Of a DNA stretch of 64,000 bases, positions 54,867-64,000 are shown one piece after another. This DNA comes from a virus (Duplodnaviria; Caudoviricetes). The notes beneath the pieces were generated by a model. The model worked only from the letters and a program-made list of their open reading frames with translations. It did no database searches and was not told the DNA's origin. Position 1 is the stretch's first letter. Each line of letters starts with the position of its first letter. The stretch is taken from the IMG/VR virus record IMGVR_UViG_3300050821_009094, positions 1,544-65,543 of that record; one strand, written 5' to 3'. Position numbers and translations under genes: made by a program.

Positions 54867-56665
54867 ATTTCCTCACATTAGATTTTGAGACGATGTACTC
54901 GGACGACTTCACGTTGAAGAAGCTCAGCACCGAGGAATACTGTCGCGATCCGCGATTCGAGGTGCATGGTTTTGCTGTTAAGGTAAAGGATGAGGATCCA
55001 TATTGGACTCCACAGCAATACGCACGTCACTACCTCTCACGTATAAACTGGAATACTACAGCTCTCATCTCCTGGCACGCCCAGTTTGACGCATTCATCC
55101 TCAACCACACTTATGGCATAAAACCAAAATTCATCATCTGCCCGATGAGCATGGCGCGGCTGATGCTGGGCAACCACGTCAGCGTGTCGCTGGACTCGGT
55201 GCGCGCCCAGTTCGGCCTGTCGCCAAAGACCACGCCTTACAACCTGTTCAAGGGGCTGCACTGGAACGAGATGACGCCGGACGTGCAGCGCCAGGTCGGG
55301 GAGGGTGCGTGCGACGAGGTGAACAGCATATGGACGATCTTCAACAAGCTCATGGCCATGGGCTTTCCCAAGGAGGAATTGCGTCTTATCGATCAGACCG
55401 TCAGAATGTTCACCGAGCCGGCACTGCGCGGCGACGTGAACCTGCTGGCCGACCTGTGGGAACGTGAGAACAATGCCAAGCAAACTCGACTGGGTCATCT
55501 CGGGATTGACGCTTCTGAGCTTCAGTCTAGTGCTAAGTTTGCCGATTTGCTCGCTGCTGAAGGCGTTGAGGTTGAGACGAAAGCGGGCAAGAATGGCCCA
55601 ATTCCGGCGTTTGCTAAGACAGACGAATTCATGCGCGGCCTGCTCGAACACCCTTCCGAGCGAGTTAGAGCACTGGCGGAAGCAAGGCTGGGTGTGAAGT
55701 CCACGCTGCTGCAGACGCGAGCAGCAACATTTGGATGGACAGCGCGCCGTGGTCCGTTGCCAGTGTATCTGAAATACTGCGGCGCCAAGACTCTGCGTGA
55801 TTCGTCCGGCGATGACATGGGCTGGCAGAATCTCAAGCGTGGCTCAGATCTGCGCCGGGCCGTCATGGCACCAAAGGATCACAAAATAGCAGCGGTAGAT
55901 GCCAGCCAGATCGAGTGCCGCGTGCTCAACACTCTAGCCAACCAGGAGGACGTCGTTGCGCGATTCCGGGACGGACACGATCCATACATTCCCATTGCCT
56001 CCGAGTTCTACGGCCGACCTATTACTCGAAGCGATACGCTTGAACGTGGAACTGGCAAGCAAGCTGAACTCTCTTGTGGCTACGGCTGCGGGCCACCCAA
56101 GTTTAGGGACACAGCTCGCTTGGGAATCTATGGCCCTCCTGTTGACCTTACAATTGATCAAGCTGGAAAATTTGTTGATCTCTACCGCCGCTCGCACCGG
56201 CAGGTTGTAGATTACTGGGCCGAGGGCAATTACTGCCTGCGCCGCATGGCCGATGGCATCGACTACAACTGGGGCATCTTCAAGGTCCGCAACAAGCGCA
56301 TTTACCTGGAAGGCCGACCGCTGATCTACGACACGCTGGAATGGCACGTCGACGAGGACGGCGAGAAGTATTGGCGGGTCAAGACGCGCAAGGGCTGGGA
56401 GAAACTGTACGGTGCGAAATTGATTCAGAATCTATCAGAAGCTGTCGCTAGGCTGGTGGTGTTCCAGGCGGGTTTACGAATTCAGGATAAAGGGCACAGG
56501 ATTTTGTGCAGGACGCACGACGAGCTTCTGATTCTGCTTGCCAACGATGGCAAACAGGAGCAACATCTTCAAGACTGCATTGCGGAATTCACGCGAGAGG
56601 TGCCTTGGTTGCCAGGTTTGCCCCTTGCTGCGGAAGGATCGTTGGGAGAGAGGTATAGCAAATGA
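54863..56665 (+). CDS. polA: family A DNA polymerase with 3'-5' exonuclease domain
   Basis: DFET, HAQFD, DASQIECR (motif A), RGTGKQAELSCGYG (motif B), THDE (motif C). Confidence 0.95.
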   Translation: MNFLTLDFETMYSDDFTLKKLSTEEYCRDPRFEVHGFAVKVKDEDPYWTPQQYARHYLSRINWNTTALISWHAQFDAFILNHTYGIKPKFIICPMSMARLMLGNHVSVSLDSVRAQFGLSPKTTPYNLFKGLHWNEMTPDVQRQVGEGACDEVNSIWTIFNKLMAMGFPKEELRLIDQTVRMFTEPALRGDVNLLADLWERENNAKQTRLGHLGIDASELQSSAKFADLLAAEGVEVETKAGKNGPIPAFAKTDEFMRGLLEHPSERVRALAEARLGVKSTLLQTRAATFGWTARRGPLPVYLKYCGAKTLRDSSGDDMGWQNLKRGSDLRRAVMAPKDHKIAAVDASQIECRVLNTLANQEDVVARFRDGHDPYIPIASEFYGRPITRSDTLERGTGKQAELSCGYGCGPPKFRDTARLGIYGPPVDLTIDQAGKFVDLYRRSHRQVVDYWAEGNYCLRRMADGIDYNWGIFKVRNKRIYLEGRPLIYDTLEWHVDEDGEKYWRVKTRKGWEKLYGAKLIQNLSEAVARLVVFQAGLRIQDKGHRILCRTHDELLILLANDGKQEQHLQDCIAEFTREVPWLPGLPLAAEGSLGERYSK

Positions 56666-56799
56666 TGGTTGCGATTTTTCCGTCAGTGCTGATTCTCTTG
56701 GACATGGGAGCGTCCATTGTCTACGCGACGCAATACGACTGGCGACGCTCGATCTACTGGCTCGCAGCAGCTGTGTTAACAACTTGTGTGACGATATGA
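56662..56799 (+). CDS. 45-aa 2-TM membrane protein
   Basis: MMVAIFPSVLILLDMGASIVY...DWRRSIYWLAAAVLTTCVTI; overlaps both neighbours. Confidence 0.6.
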   Translation: MMVAIFPSVLILLDMGASIVYATQYDWRRSIYWLAAAVLTTCVTI

Positions 56800-56969
56800 G
56801 CTACAGCATCGTAGACGACGGCGACGAGATCAACATCCGCGCGGTGATCACCCAGCGCTGGGAACTAGCCGAGCTGGTTCTGAAGCTGCAGCAGCGTGTG
56901 GACGGCAAGCCGGTCAACTTGACCACCTACCTTTTCGACAACCAGGATGTGGAGCAACCCAATGAATGA
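56796..56969 (+). CDS. hypothetical protein
   Basis: ATGA overlap with the upstream gene. Confidence 0.5.
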   Translation: MSYSIVDDGDEINIRAVITQRWELAELVLKLQQRVDGKPVNLTTYLFDNQDVEQPNE

Positions 56970-57294
56970 CGATCCGTTTGCCGCGTTCAAGGAAGGCGAG
57001 CCGCCGGTCGAAGACAAGCCGAAGAACGGGCGGAAGAAGCGCAAGATCCCGCCGAAGAAAACTGCCGAGGCTGCGCCGAAGAAGACACGCAAGAAATGGA
57101 TAAAATCGGGACCAGTTAAGGGCTGGGCGCGTAGCGCTAAAGAAGTAATGATACCGATCAGCACCTTGCTGGAACTCGGCCCGATGACCGGCGAGGAAGC
57201 CGGTGTACTGCTGGAAGTGTCGGCCAAGCTGCGCGGCTTCAGCAAGAAGTCGCGGCAGCGGGTTGCACTGGCCTTGGGCAAGCTGTTTTCATGA
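56962..57294 (+). CDS. Lys-rich hypothetical protein
   Basis: GGAG RBS; basic low-complexity N-terminal half. Confidence 0.65.
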   Translation: MNDDPFAAFKEGEPPVEDKPKNGRKKRKIPPKKTAEAAPKKTRKKWIKSGPVKGWARSAKEVMIPISTLLELGPMTGEEAGVLLEVSAKLRGFSKKSRQRVALALGKLFS

Positions 57295-57373
57295 CCGTCA
57301 TAGATTACATCAGTTTGGCAGCGGTCGGGATATCGATTGTGTCGGTGGCATTGTCTTTGTGGACGATCAACCA

Positions 57374-58081
57374 ATGACCCTGCAGGAATTCCACCCCGGC
57401 GACATCCCGGCCGAACTCGATCGCCGGCCGTTCATTGGCACCTACACCAACCTGCACACGTTTCGGGATGTGTGCGAGCACCAGGCCTATCGTCGTTACG
57501 TTATCAAGGACCAGCCGTTTTTCGAAACCGAGGCGATGCGGTTCGGCAAGGAAGCTCATACCGCACTCGAAAAGCGAGTAGGGAAGGGTCAGGTGCTGCC
57601 GGACAATTTCCGCGATTGGGAGAAACATTGCACCCAGTTCGACAAGTACGAAGTGATGACCGAACAGAAGCTGGCGATCAACGACCGCGGGCAGGCCACC
57701 GGCTACTGGGATGTGGACTGTTATTTCCGCGGTCAGGCCGACGTCGTAGTGATGCTCAACGACAAGGCGCTGTTCACCGACTGGAAAACAGGTTCACCGC
57801 GCTACGCCGAGACGTTCGAGCTGGCGACCGGCGCGCTGCTGCTCAAGGCGAAGTATCCGAACCTGCGCACGATCGCCGGCCGCTTCATCTTTTTGAAGGA
57901 TGATCAGGTTGGACGGATGCAGGATCTGTCCGACTTCCAGGCGACGTGGCTGGAAATTAATCGGCTGATGAACCTGATTGCCGAGAAGCGCAAGAGCGGG
58001 GTTTGGGTCAAGAAGAAGTCGGGGCTGTGCGGGTATTGCAGCGTGTCGGATTGTGAGCATTATTATGTAGCGAAGCCATGA
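57374..58081 (+). CDS. PD-(D/E)XK Cas4/RecB-like exonuclease
   Basis: H.ALE, RGQADVV, DWKTG and C-terminal CGYC...C. Confidence 0.88.
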   Translation: MTLQEFHPGDIPAELDRRPFIGTYTNLHTFRDVCEHQAYRRYVIKDQPFFETEAMRFGKEAHTALEKRVGKGQVLPDNFRDWEKHCTQFDKYEVMTEQKLAINDRGQATGYWDVDCYFRGQADVVVMLNDKALFTDWKTGSPRYAETFELATGALLLKAKYPNLRTIAGRFIFLKDDQVGRMQDLSDFQATWLEINRLMNLIAEKRKSGVWVKKKSGLCGYCSVSDCEHYYVAKP

Positions 58082-58401
58082 AAACCCCCGAATCACACGA
58101 GAAGGACGACATCTGCAAATACCTCACCGGCATCGCGAGCTGGTTCTTCCGGCCATACATGGCCGGGTTCGGCAAATCCGGCGTGCCCGATATCGTTGCC
58201 TGTGTGCCGATCACAATCGAGGCCCACATGATTGGGATGCGCGTGGGCGTGTTCGTCGGCGTCGAGGTTAAAAGGGACGGCAAGACTCCGACCGCGTTGC
58301 AGACCTCGCGCATGGGTGAGATACAAGACGCCGGCGGCTTCGCCTGTTGGGGCACCGCCGAGCGCGTCATACCGATCTTGAAGAAGTTGCCTTATGCGTA
58401 A
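58078..58401 (+). CDS. VRR-NUC nuclease (resolvase-like)
   Basis: GVPDI, VEVK, PTALQ and AGG motifs. Confidence 0.9.
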   Translation: MKTPESHEKDDICKYLTGIASWFFRPYMAGFGKSGVPDIVACVPITIEAHMIGMRVGVFVGVEVKRDGKTPTALQTSRMGEIQDAGGFACWGTAERVIPILKKLPYA

Positions 58402-58555
58402 ACAGCTTATCGAGAAAATGGATCAACTTTTAGAATATGTTGATGGCATTAACGATGAGCGCGATAGCGTGCCGATTTTAATAGCTGTGCGCGAGTGTTG
58501 GCAAGAGGTTAAATCTGACTTGGAATTGTTTCGTGAATGAACACAGGAGGGTGAG

Positions 58556-58789
58556 ATGTTGAAATTTATGTGTGGTGTAATTGTTGGTGCAACCATCTCT
58601 GCCGCATACGCACAAGATGTAAGCCAACAATTAGAGCAAATAAAAAAGGATGTGACTACTGCGATCCCAAACACTCCAGTCACGGCGCCCATGAATTATA
58701 TTTACGCGCTGGCCCACGGCAAAGATGCGGGTGGGCATATCAATCTTCTTACTGTGAACGAAGATGGCAGTGTGAACTGTGCCAAATGA
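58556..58789 (+). CDS. small secreted protein
   Basis: GGAGG RBS; MLKFMCGVIVGATISAAYA-Q. Confidence 0.6.
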   Translation: MLKFMCGVIVGATISAAYAQDVSQQLEQIKKDVTTAIPNTPVTAPMNYIYALAHGKDAGGHINLLTVNEDGSVNCAK

Positions 58790-60398
58790 ATTCTACCACG
58801 ACCGCGCTAGGAATCTGTTAGTCTACAGGAACACCTCGCAGTTCCTGACCGACCAGGTGCGCCAGGCGATCCCCGAGGCGCGCGAGATCAACGGCCATTA
58901 TCTGGCGGTGCCGCGCAATTTGCACACATCTCAAGTCCTTCGGCACTTCAACTATCCGGTCCCGCCGGTTTTGACCGACTCGAACTACGCCTGGCCTCGT
59001 CATCCTTCGATTTCAAAACCCTACGAGTCGCAGAAGCTGACCACCAATTTCATGATTCTGCACCCGCGATGCTTTGTGCTCTCCGATATGGGCGTCGGCA
59101 AGACGCTCTCGACCTTGTGGGCCGCCGACGCGGTGATGCGGATGCACAAAACCGGTACCTGCCGGGCACTGATCGTCTGTCCTCTCTCAATCATGCAAAG
59201 GGTGTGGAGCGATGGGATATTCAAGAACTTCCTCGGAAACCGCACGTGTCGAATCCTTTATGGCGACAGTGCTGTTCGACTTAAGGCGCTCGCAACAGAT
59301 TCTGATTTCTATATCATCAATTTTGACGGAGTCGGAATTGGCGCTCATACTCGAAAGCGCTTCGAACTTGACGGCTTTAGTAAGGAGCTTGCAGAACGAT
59401 CCGACATCAGAATTGCAATTGTTGACGAGGCTTCCGCGTACAAGGATTCCACAACCAAGCGACATCGTATCGCCAGACTTGTCTTCGGCAAAAAAGATTA
59501 CCTCTGGCTCCTGACCGGTACACCTACGCCCAACGCACCCACAGATGCCTACGGTCTTGCCAAGCTTGTGAACAACGCGATGGGCAAGTCCAACCAGTCG
59601 TTCCGGATGGAGACGATGTACCAGATCCAGCCCAACAGCTTCAAATGGCTGCCGAGGAAGGACGGCTACGACAAGGCTCGCGCACTGCTCAAGCCGTCGA
59701 TCCGCTTCGAGATCAGCGACGTGTGGGACGGTCCCGAGCTGACTACCCAGCAGCGCGAGGTGGAGCTGACGGCCGAGCAGAAAAAGCTGATGCTCGACTT
59801 GAAGAAGGATTTCGTGGTCACGGTGAAGTCCGGCGCCGCGATCTCGGCGGTCAACGAGGCTGCTGCCAGGATCAAGTTCGTACAGATCAGCCTGGGCGCC
59901 ATCTATGACCAGAACCACAAGGTCCACGCGATCGACGCCAAGCCGCGGTATGCCGAGCTGGAGGATGTGCTGGAACAGGCCCCCGGCAAAAGTCTGATTT
60001 TTTGCCCCTTGACAAGTGTCATCAACATCATCTACAAGAACATCAACAAGCGATGGAACACAGCGATCGTCAATGGCGAAGTTACGCAAAACCAGCGGTC
60101 GGAAATCTTCCGAGACTTTCAGGATGGTGATCTACGGGTCATTATTGCCGATCCAGGAACGATGGCTCATGGACTGGATCTATACGCAGCTCGAAGTGTC
60201 ATCTGGTTCGGCGTTACGGAAAAACCTGAACTCTACGCACAAGCAAACGCTCGTGCGCATCGACCTGGACAGAAATTCCCCGTAACCGTGGTGCAGCTCG
60301 TGAGCAATCCATTGGAACGCGAGATTTTCCGCAGGCTTGAGAATAACTTGGCGCTGCAAGGCGCGCTGCTCGATCTTGTGAAGGCGAATGCGCTATGA
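58779..60398 (+). CDS. SNF2-family helicase
   Basis: DMGVGKT, VDEAS, LTGTP, HGLDL and QANARAHRPGQ motifs. Confidence 0.93.
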   Translation: MPNEFYHDRARNLLVYRNTSQFLTDQVRQAIPEAREINGHYLAVPRNLHTSQVLRHFNYPVPPVLTDSNYAWPRHPSISKPYESQKLTTNFMILHPRCFVLSDMGVGKTLSTLWAADAVMRMHKTGTCRALIVCPLSIMQRVWSDGIFKNFLGNRTCRILYGDSAVRLKALATDSDFYIINFDGVGIGAHTRKRFELDGFSKELAERSDIRIAIVDEASAYKDSTTKRHRIARLVFGKKDYLWLLTGTPTPNAPTDAYGLAKLVNNAMGKSNQSFRMETMYQIQPNSFKWLPRKDGYDKARALLKPSIRFEISDVWDGPELTTQQREVELTAEQKKLMLDLKKDFVVTVKSGAAISAVNEAAARIKFVQISLGAIYDQNHKVHAIDAKPRYAELEDVLEQAPGKSLIFCPLTSVINIIYKNINKRWNTAIVNGEVTQNQRSEIFRDFQDGDLRVIIADPGTMAHGLDLYAARSVIWFGVTEKPELYAQANARAHRPGQKFPVTVVQLVSNPLEREIFRRLENNLALQGALLDLVKANAL

Positions 60399-60793
60399 CA
60401 ACCGCCGTTGAGCTTATCACAGAATTCACCAAGTTAGACGATTGGATCGCTAGCGAGACTAAGCGGTTCACCGACCACCTCGCGCCGCACAAGAAGCGCA
60501 TGGACGAAATCAAGGCAACGTTGCTCGGCATGATGACGGAGCAACGGCTGAATTCCATGCCGACCGACGTAGGCACTGCTTACATCTCGACGATCACCAC
60601 ACCGAAGGTGGTCGATCGCGACAAGTACCTCGATTTCGTCAACGAGAAGTGGGACGAGATCGGCAATGAATTGCTGCAGGTAGGCGCACCGCAGAAGGAT
60701 GCGCTCAAGCAGTACCTCGAAGACAACAAAAACCAGCCGCCTCCTGGGATTGAGGTGACTTATTTCAACCGCTGCAACATACGGAGATCATAA
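60395..60793 (+). CDS. hypothetical replication-module protein
   Basis: coiled-coil, T..GTAY and PPPGI; typical neighbour of SNF2/PolA. Confidence 0.75.
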   Translation: MTTAVELITEFTKLDDWIASETKRFTDHLAPHKKRMDEIKATLLGMMTEQRLNSMPTDVGTAYISTITTPKVVDRDKYLDFVNEKWDEIGNELLQVGAPQKDALKQYLEDNKNQPPPGIEVTYFNRCNIRRS

Positions 60794-61705
60794 ATGGCCG
60801 ACCAGATGAACCTGCCCGCACACCTGCGCAAAACCCAACTGCCTCGCCTGTCCGACCGTGCCACCGAGGGCATGGGATCGGCACTGCCACCGCACATCTC
60901 GATCCGTGGCAACGAGTTCACCCTGGTCGATGCCGCCGGCGAGAAAACGTCGGTCGAGACCAAGCACCTCGACGTGGCATTCATCGATATGTCCGACGTG
61001 ATGTGCAAGTTGTATTATGACAAGGACTGGAACCCGGACTCCAACGATCCGCCCATCTGCTGGTCGGCTAACGGCATCGGTCCTTCCAAGGAAGCCATGA
61101 CGCCGCAATCGCCCACCTGCCAGCAATGCCCAAACAACGTCCGCGGCTCGGCGGTGTCGAAACTGTCAGGCGCCTCGATCAAGGCGTGTCGTGACGAGAA
61201 GTGGCTGGCGGTACTGGTAGAGGGTTACAAGGATCTGATCTTCCAGTTCCGTGTTACCCCCGGCTCGTTCAAGAACTGGTCGGCATACTCGGAGAAGTTC
61301 AAGAAGCAGCCGTTCGACATCCGCGATGTTGTCACTCGGCTGCAGTTCGAGAAGGACAAGAACGGCGTGGTGACGTTCACGCCGACCGGGTGGCTGCCGG
61401 TGCCCATGACCGAGCTGCGCGACAAGCTGGTGACGTCGAAGGCGACGGACGGCATTGTGGGCCGGCTGGATCAGCCAATACAAGGAGCGATTGCGGCGCC
61501 CGTGCAGACCCAGCAGGCACTGCCAACGACCGAGCCTAAACCCCGTGGTCGTCCGAAAAAGCCTGAAGCTGCGGTGGCACCCGAGAACGGCCAGACCACC
61601 ATGGCCCCGTTCCGGCCCGAGGTCGCGCCGACGTTCGGCGTGCAGGATGCTCCTGCGCCGCCTGCTGACCTGGCCAACGAGATCGATACGTTCTTCAAGT
61701 CATGA
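60794..61705 (+). CDS. putative ssDNA-binding/annealing protein with Cys cluster
   Basis: PICWS.NG..P, CQQCP, KACR and an acidic C-terminus. Confidence 0.65.
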   Translation: MADQMNLPAHLRKTQLPRLSDRATEGMGSALPPHISIRGNEFTLVDAAGEKTSVETKHLDVAFIDMSDVMCKLYYDKDWNPDSNDPPICWSANGIGPSKEAMTPQSPTCQQCPNNVRGSAVSKLSGASIKACRDEKWLAVLVEGYKDLIFQFRVTPGSFKNWSAYSEKFKKQPFDIRDVVTRLQFEKDKNGVVTFTPTGWLPVPMTELRDKLVTSKATDGIVGRLDQPIQGAIAAPVQTQQALPTTEPKPRGRPKKPEAAVAPENGQTTMAPFRPEVAPTFGVQDAPAPPADLANEIDTFFKS

Positions 61706-61971
61706 CCTTTCAGGCCCGACTCAAACACTGTATGGCGAAGGGCAACCTGACCGTCTCGGACCTTGCCCGCTGGTTCGATCGCCCGAACCCAACCATGCGA
61801 TCATGGGTGGTGGATGGCATCGAACCAAACGGTGCTCCACTTGATGCAGCGCTGGCCTGGGCTACTTTGGTCAAGTTGGAGAAGCTGATCACGAAGAATT
61901 CGAAGTTTCCGGTACCGCGATTGTCACCGCGGGATCGGATTACGTACCTGAAAGAGATTCGCGGTGAGTGA
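61702..61971 (+). CDS. HTH DNA-binding protein
   Basis: LTVSDLARWFDRPNPTMRSWV. Confidence 0.75.
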   Translation: MTFQARLKHCMAKGNLTVSDLARWFDRPNPTMRSWVVDGIEPNGAPLDAALAWATLVKLEKLITKNSKFPVPRLSPRDRITYLKEIRGE

Positions 61972-62144
61972 CGACAGGATAGCAGGCAAATGAAAAACAG
62001 AGTTGGGATGACCGGGCCGGTAACGGTTGCCATAACAGAGCGGAGGACTCCGATGCTGAAGGCCGCTCGAACTCCTAGGCGTCATCGGAAGGCGCGCTAG
62101 GCATCCCATTCGGCTGTTTTCAACAAGTTAACCGGGAAAATCAG

Positions 62145-62543
62145 ATGGCGGAGACACCAAAAACACCCGTTTTGTCTGTTGTGGACTACGACGCCTGGAA
62201 CCGAGGATACATGCCGCCGTCAGAGCACATCCTGATCGACCAACTCGCCTATCGTGGTGCTCGCGTGAAGCTCGCCAGCGATTGGGGCGAACAGGGCGCA
62301 ATTTGGATTGTCGTTCGCGGCGACAAGAATTGGACTCGTGCGGTGAGAAAAGCGACCCGCGAAATGATTGATTTGTTTTTCGAGGACGACGAACCAGCCG
62401 AAAAACTAGCGGATGATCCGGCCGCTCAGATTCCAGAAGGTCATACAGCGCCGCTGGATGACCGGACGACCGCAGAAATAATGGCAGAGCGAGACGCGCC
62501 GCACTTATCGCGCCGCCTCGCGGATGGCACACCAAGCGACTGA
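62145..62543 (+). CDS. hypothetical protein
   Basis: ORF in operon orientation. Confidence 0.6.
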   Translation: MAETPKTPVLSVVDYDAWNRGYMPPSEHILIDQLAYRGARVKLASDWGEQGAIWIVVRGDKNWTRAVRKATREMIDLFFEDDEPAEKLADDPAAQIPEGHTAPLDDRTTAEIMAERDAPHLSRRLADGTPSD

Positions 62544-62555
62544 TACGGAATTAAC

Positions 62556-62849
62556 ATGGCAAAATATCGCAAGAAACCAGTTGTGATTGATGCGTGGCGA
62601 TTGCCCATGTCGGACGGCGCGAGCCGTTGCTTCGACGGCGATCCCAACATTATTTTCAAGCGTGAGAATGGCGCAATCGTCGAGGCGATCATTTCTACTC
62701 TTGAGGGAACGATGACCGCCAGTAATGGCGACTGGATCATTCGCGGCGTGAAGGGAGAGCTGTACCCATGCAAGCCCGACATCTTTGCGGCCACTTACGA
62801 ACCTGCGCCCAAGCCGACGACCTTAAGAGAGCCGCTTGGCGCTGAGTAA
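62556..62849 (+). CDS. conserved phage protein (PGDYG-like)
   Basis: KYRKKPVVIDA, TLEG.M, GDWIIRGVKGELYPCKPDIF..TYE. Confidence 0.85.
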   Translation: MAKYRKKPVVIDAWRLPMSDGASRCFDGDPNIIFKRENGAIVEAIISTLEGTMTASNGDWIIRGVKGELYPCKPDIFAATYEPAPKPTTLREPLGAE

Positions 62850-63057
62850 TGACAGATATGTGGGGAATCTTATGAGCCTGACCGGACCCTATTGGAAATG
62901 CCAGCACGGTGCCCGCTGCATGGTGCCGTGTCCCGGCTGTCCTGGCGCCAATCCTCGCGCGCTACACAATCGAATGATGGTTGACCGGATCAAAGGTATT
63001 CCGGCACAGCCGGCGACAGACGAAACCGAAAGCGATCCCGCAAACCCGAACGAGTAA
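62836..63057 (+). CDS. small Cys-rich hypothetical protein
   Basis: CQHG..C..PCPGC; start uncertain. Confidence 0.45.
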   Translation: MALSNDRYVGNLMSLTGPYWKCQHGARCMVPCPGCPGANPRALHNRMMVDRIKGIPAQPATDETESDPANPNE

Positions 63058-63187
63058 GCAATGGCGAGCCGCCGCGTTTTAAAGGTCTCTGCTCAACGGA
63101 CTATAAGGGTGGGAGAGATTGATCCTAGCGAGAGCCTGGATTGGGCGGCGGCTCACCATTGCCAGCTAACTTCTGCTTAGACAGGAA

Positions 63188-63517
63188 TTGAAAATGGATA
63201 CTGCACAATTTCTGAAAGACTTTGCCGAGGAACTTTACTATCGTGCGGCAAGCGCCAAGAGCCGCGACGAGCGCATGGCCATTAAGGGCGTCCAGCATTC
63301 TCTTGAGCGCGCCTTACTGAAACATAATCCAGCCACGGCCTTCGCTCGGCCGCCCGCCTGCCCCGTATCGGGCTGTGGCTTTGAGCCGGGGCAACCATAT
63401 GCAGGGCGGCATCATAGTAATGGCGCTGGCCTTTGCCGCCTACATCGGCCACTAACCGCCGATAAGAGGACAGAAGATGACAGCACAGAAACCCCTCGAA
63501 CGGTTCACGCAAGGTAG
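63188..63517 (+). CDS. hypothetical protein
   Basis: AGGA RBS; Cys/His cluster. Confidence 0.55.
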   Translation: MKMDTAQFLKDFAEELYYRAASAKSRDERMAIKGVQHSLERALLKHNPATAFARPPACPVSGCGFEPGQPYAGRHHSNGAGLCRLHRPLTADKRTEDDSTETPRTVHAR

Positions 63518-63713
63518 CCAGCCCTGCCGCACGTTTTTACGGGGTGACGCTGACATTGCCGCGCTCGGTGAAGGGAATAGGCGCAACCTGCATCAATGCC
63601 CTAAGTGTTATGGAAACCGCGCATGGTGCGACGCCTGCCATAGCGACCACCACGACGGCGGGTGGGAGACTTGCAAGTCCGGCGCCTATGATTATCGGGA
63701 AGATGACGAGTAA
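63477..63713 (+). CDS. small zinc-binding protein
   Basis: CPKC, CDAC; GAGGA RBS. Confidence 0.6.
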   Translation: MTAQKPLERFTQGSQPCRTFLRGDADIAALGEGNRRNLHQCPKCYGNRAWCDACHSDHHDGGWETCKSGAYDYREDDE

Positions 63714-63738
63714 CCCGTCCACACTCCGGAAAAACGCT

Positions 63739-63912
63739 ATGATCGATGATGACGATACGGATAAAAAACTTGAGCTTGAATATCGCTCAACTTGGATGTG
63801 TTCCAACTGCGGCCGGCGCTATTCGATGACGGTCAATGTTTGCGAGTGCTGTATGGATAGGGCCTTGGAGGCAGACGAAGAAAAGCTGCGTCAATTAGGC
63901 GTTAATCAGTAG
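63739..63912 (+). CDS. small zinc-ribbon protein
   Basis: WMCSNCG...CECC. Confidence 0.55.
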   Translation: MIDDDDTDKKLELEYRSTWMCSNCGRRYSMTVNVCECCMDRALEADEEKLRQLGVNQ

Positions 63913-64000
63913 TCAGGGGGAAAGATGTATAGCTGGGATTGGAAGTTTTGGCGGCGCTGGGTGGACTTCTATCGTTCCGAATGCGGCGGCTGGTATTTGA

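Noticed and set aside
59187-60089. 300-aa minus-strand ORF
   Set aside because: Antisense shadow of the SNF2 helicase gene.
62050-62075. Hammerhead ribozyme core
   Set aside because: CTGAAGG and GAAC deviate from the required CUGANGA and GAAA.
1-64000. Stop-codon reassignment, tRNA genes, or a reverse transcriptase/DGR
   Set aside because: Core genes are intact in the standard code and all three stop codons are used. No cloverleaf, RT motif or template/variable repeat pair was noticed by eye.

Overview
The whole window reads as most of a tailed dsDNA phage genome, probably podovirus-like. The host is probably an alphaproteobacterium (Bradyrhizobium/Hyphomicrobiales-like), inferred from rhizobial-type porin leaders and small proteins. 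No host chromosome genes, integrase, tRNA or CRISPR were seen. Most of 1-48.4 kb is on the minus strand. In transcription order it holds an adenine MTase and small genes, a five-enzyme glycan cluster, terminase, portal, scaffold and capsid, two paralogous adaptors, a nozzle and ejection proteins. These are followed by a 12.5 kb block of fibre/adhesin-like genes, a GH108 lysis cassette and an outer-membrane beta-barrel. 49-53 kb (minus) holds a beta-clamp-like gene, a candidate origin and a Prim-Pol/helicase. 53.5-64 kb (plus) holds PolA, a Cas4-like nuclease, VRR-NUC, an SNF2 helicase and small genes. The most striking signal is that 8 of the 10 genes in the fibre block begin with Sec-type signal peptides and mostly carry even numbers of Cys, including a fibre with an S74-type chaperone. 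This suggests receptor-binding appendages that are exported, fold in the periplasm and join the virion at lysis. Other highlights are a translationally coupled C-terminal-GG protein plus Cys-containing partner, candidate antisense and anti-SD sRNAs at the replication control region, a 14-aa basic peptide heading the capsid operon, and a probable ATA start codon. All family assignments are by eye from motifs; no searches were run.
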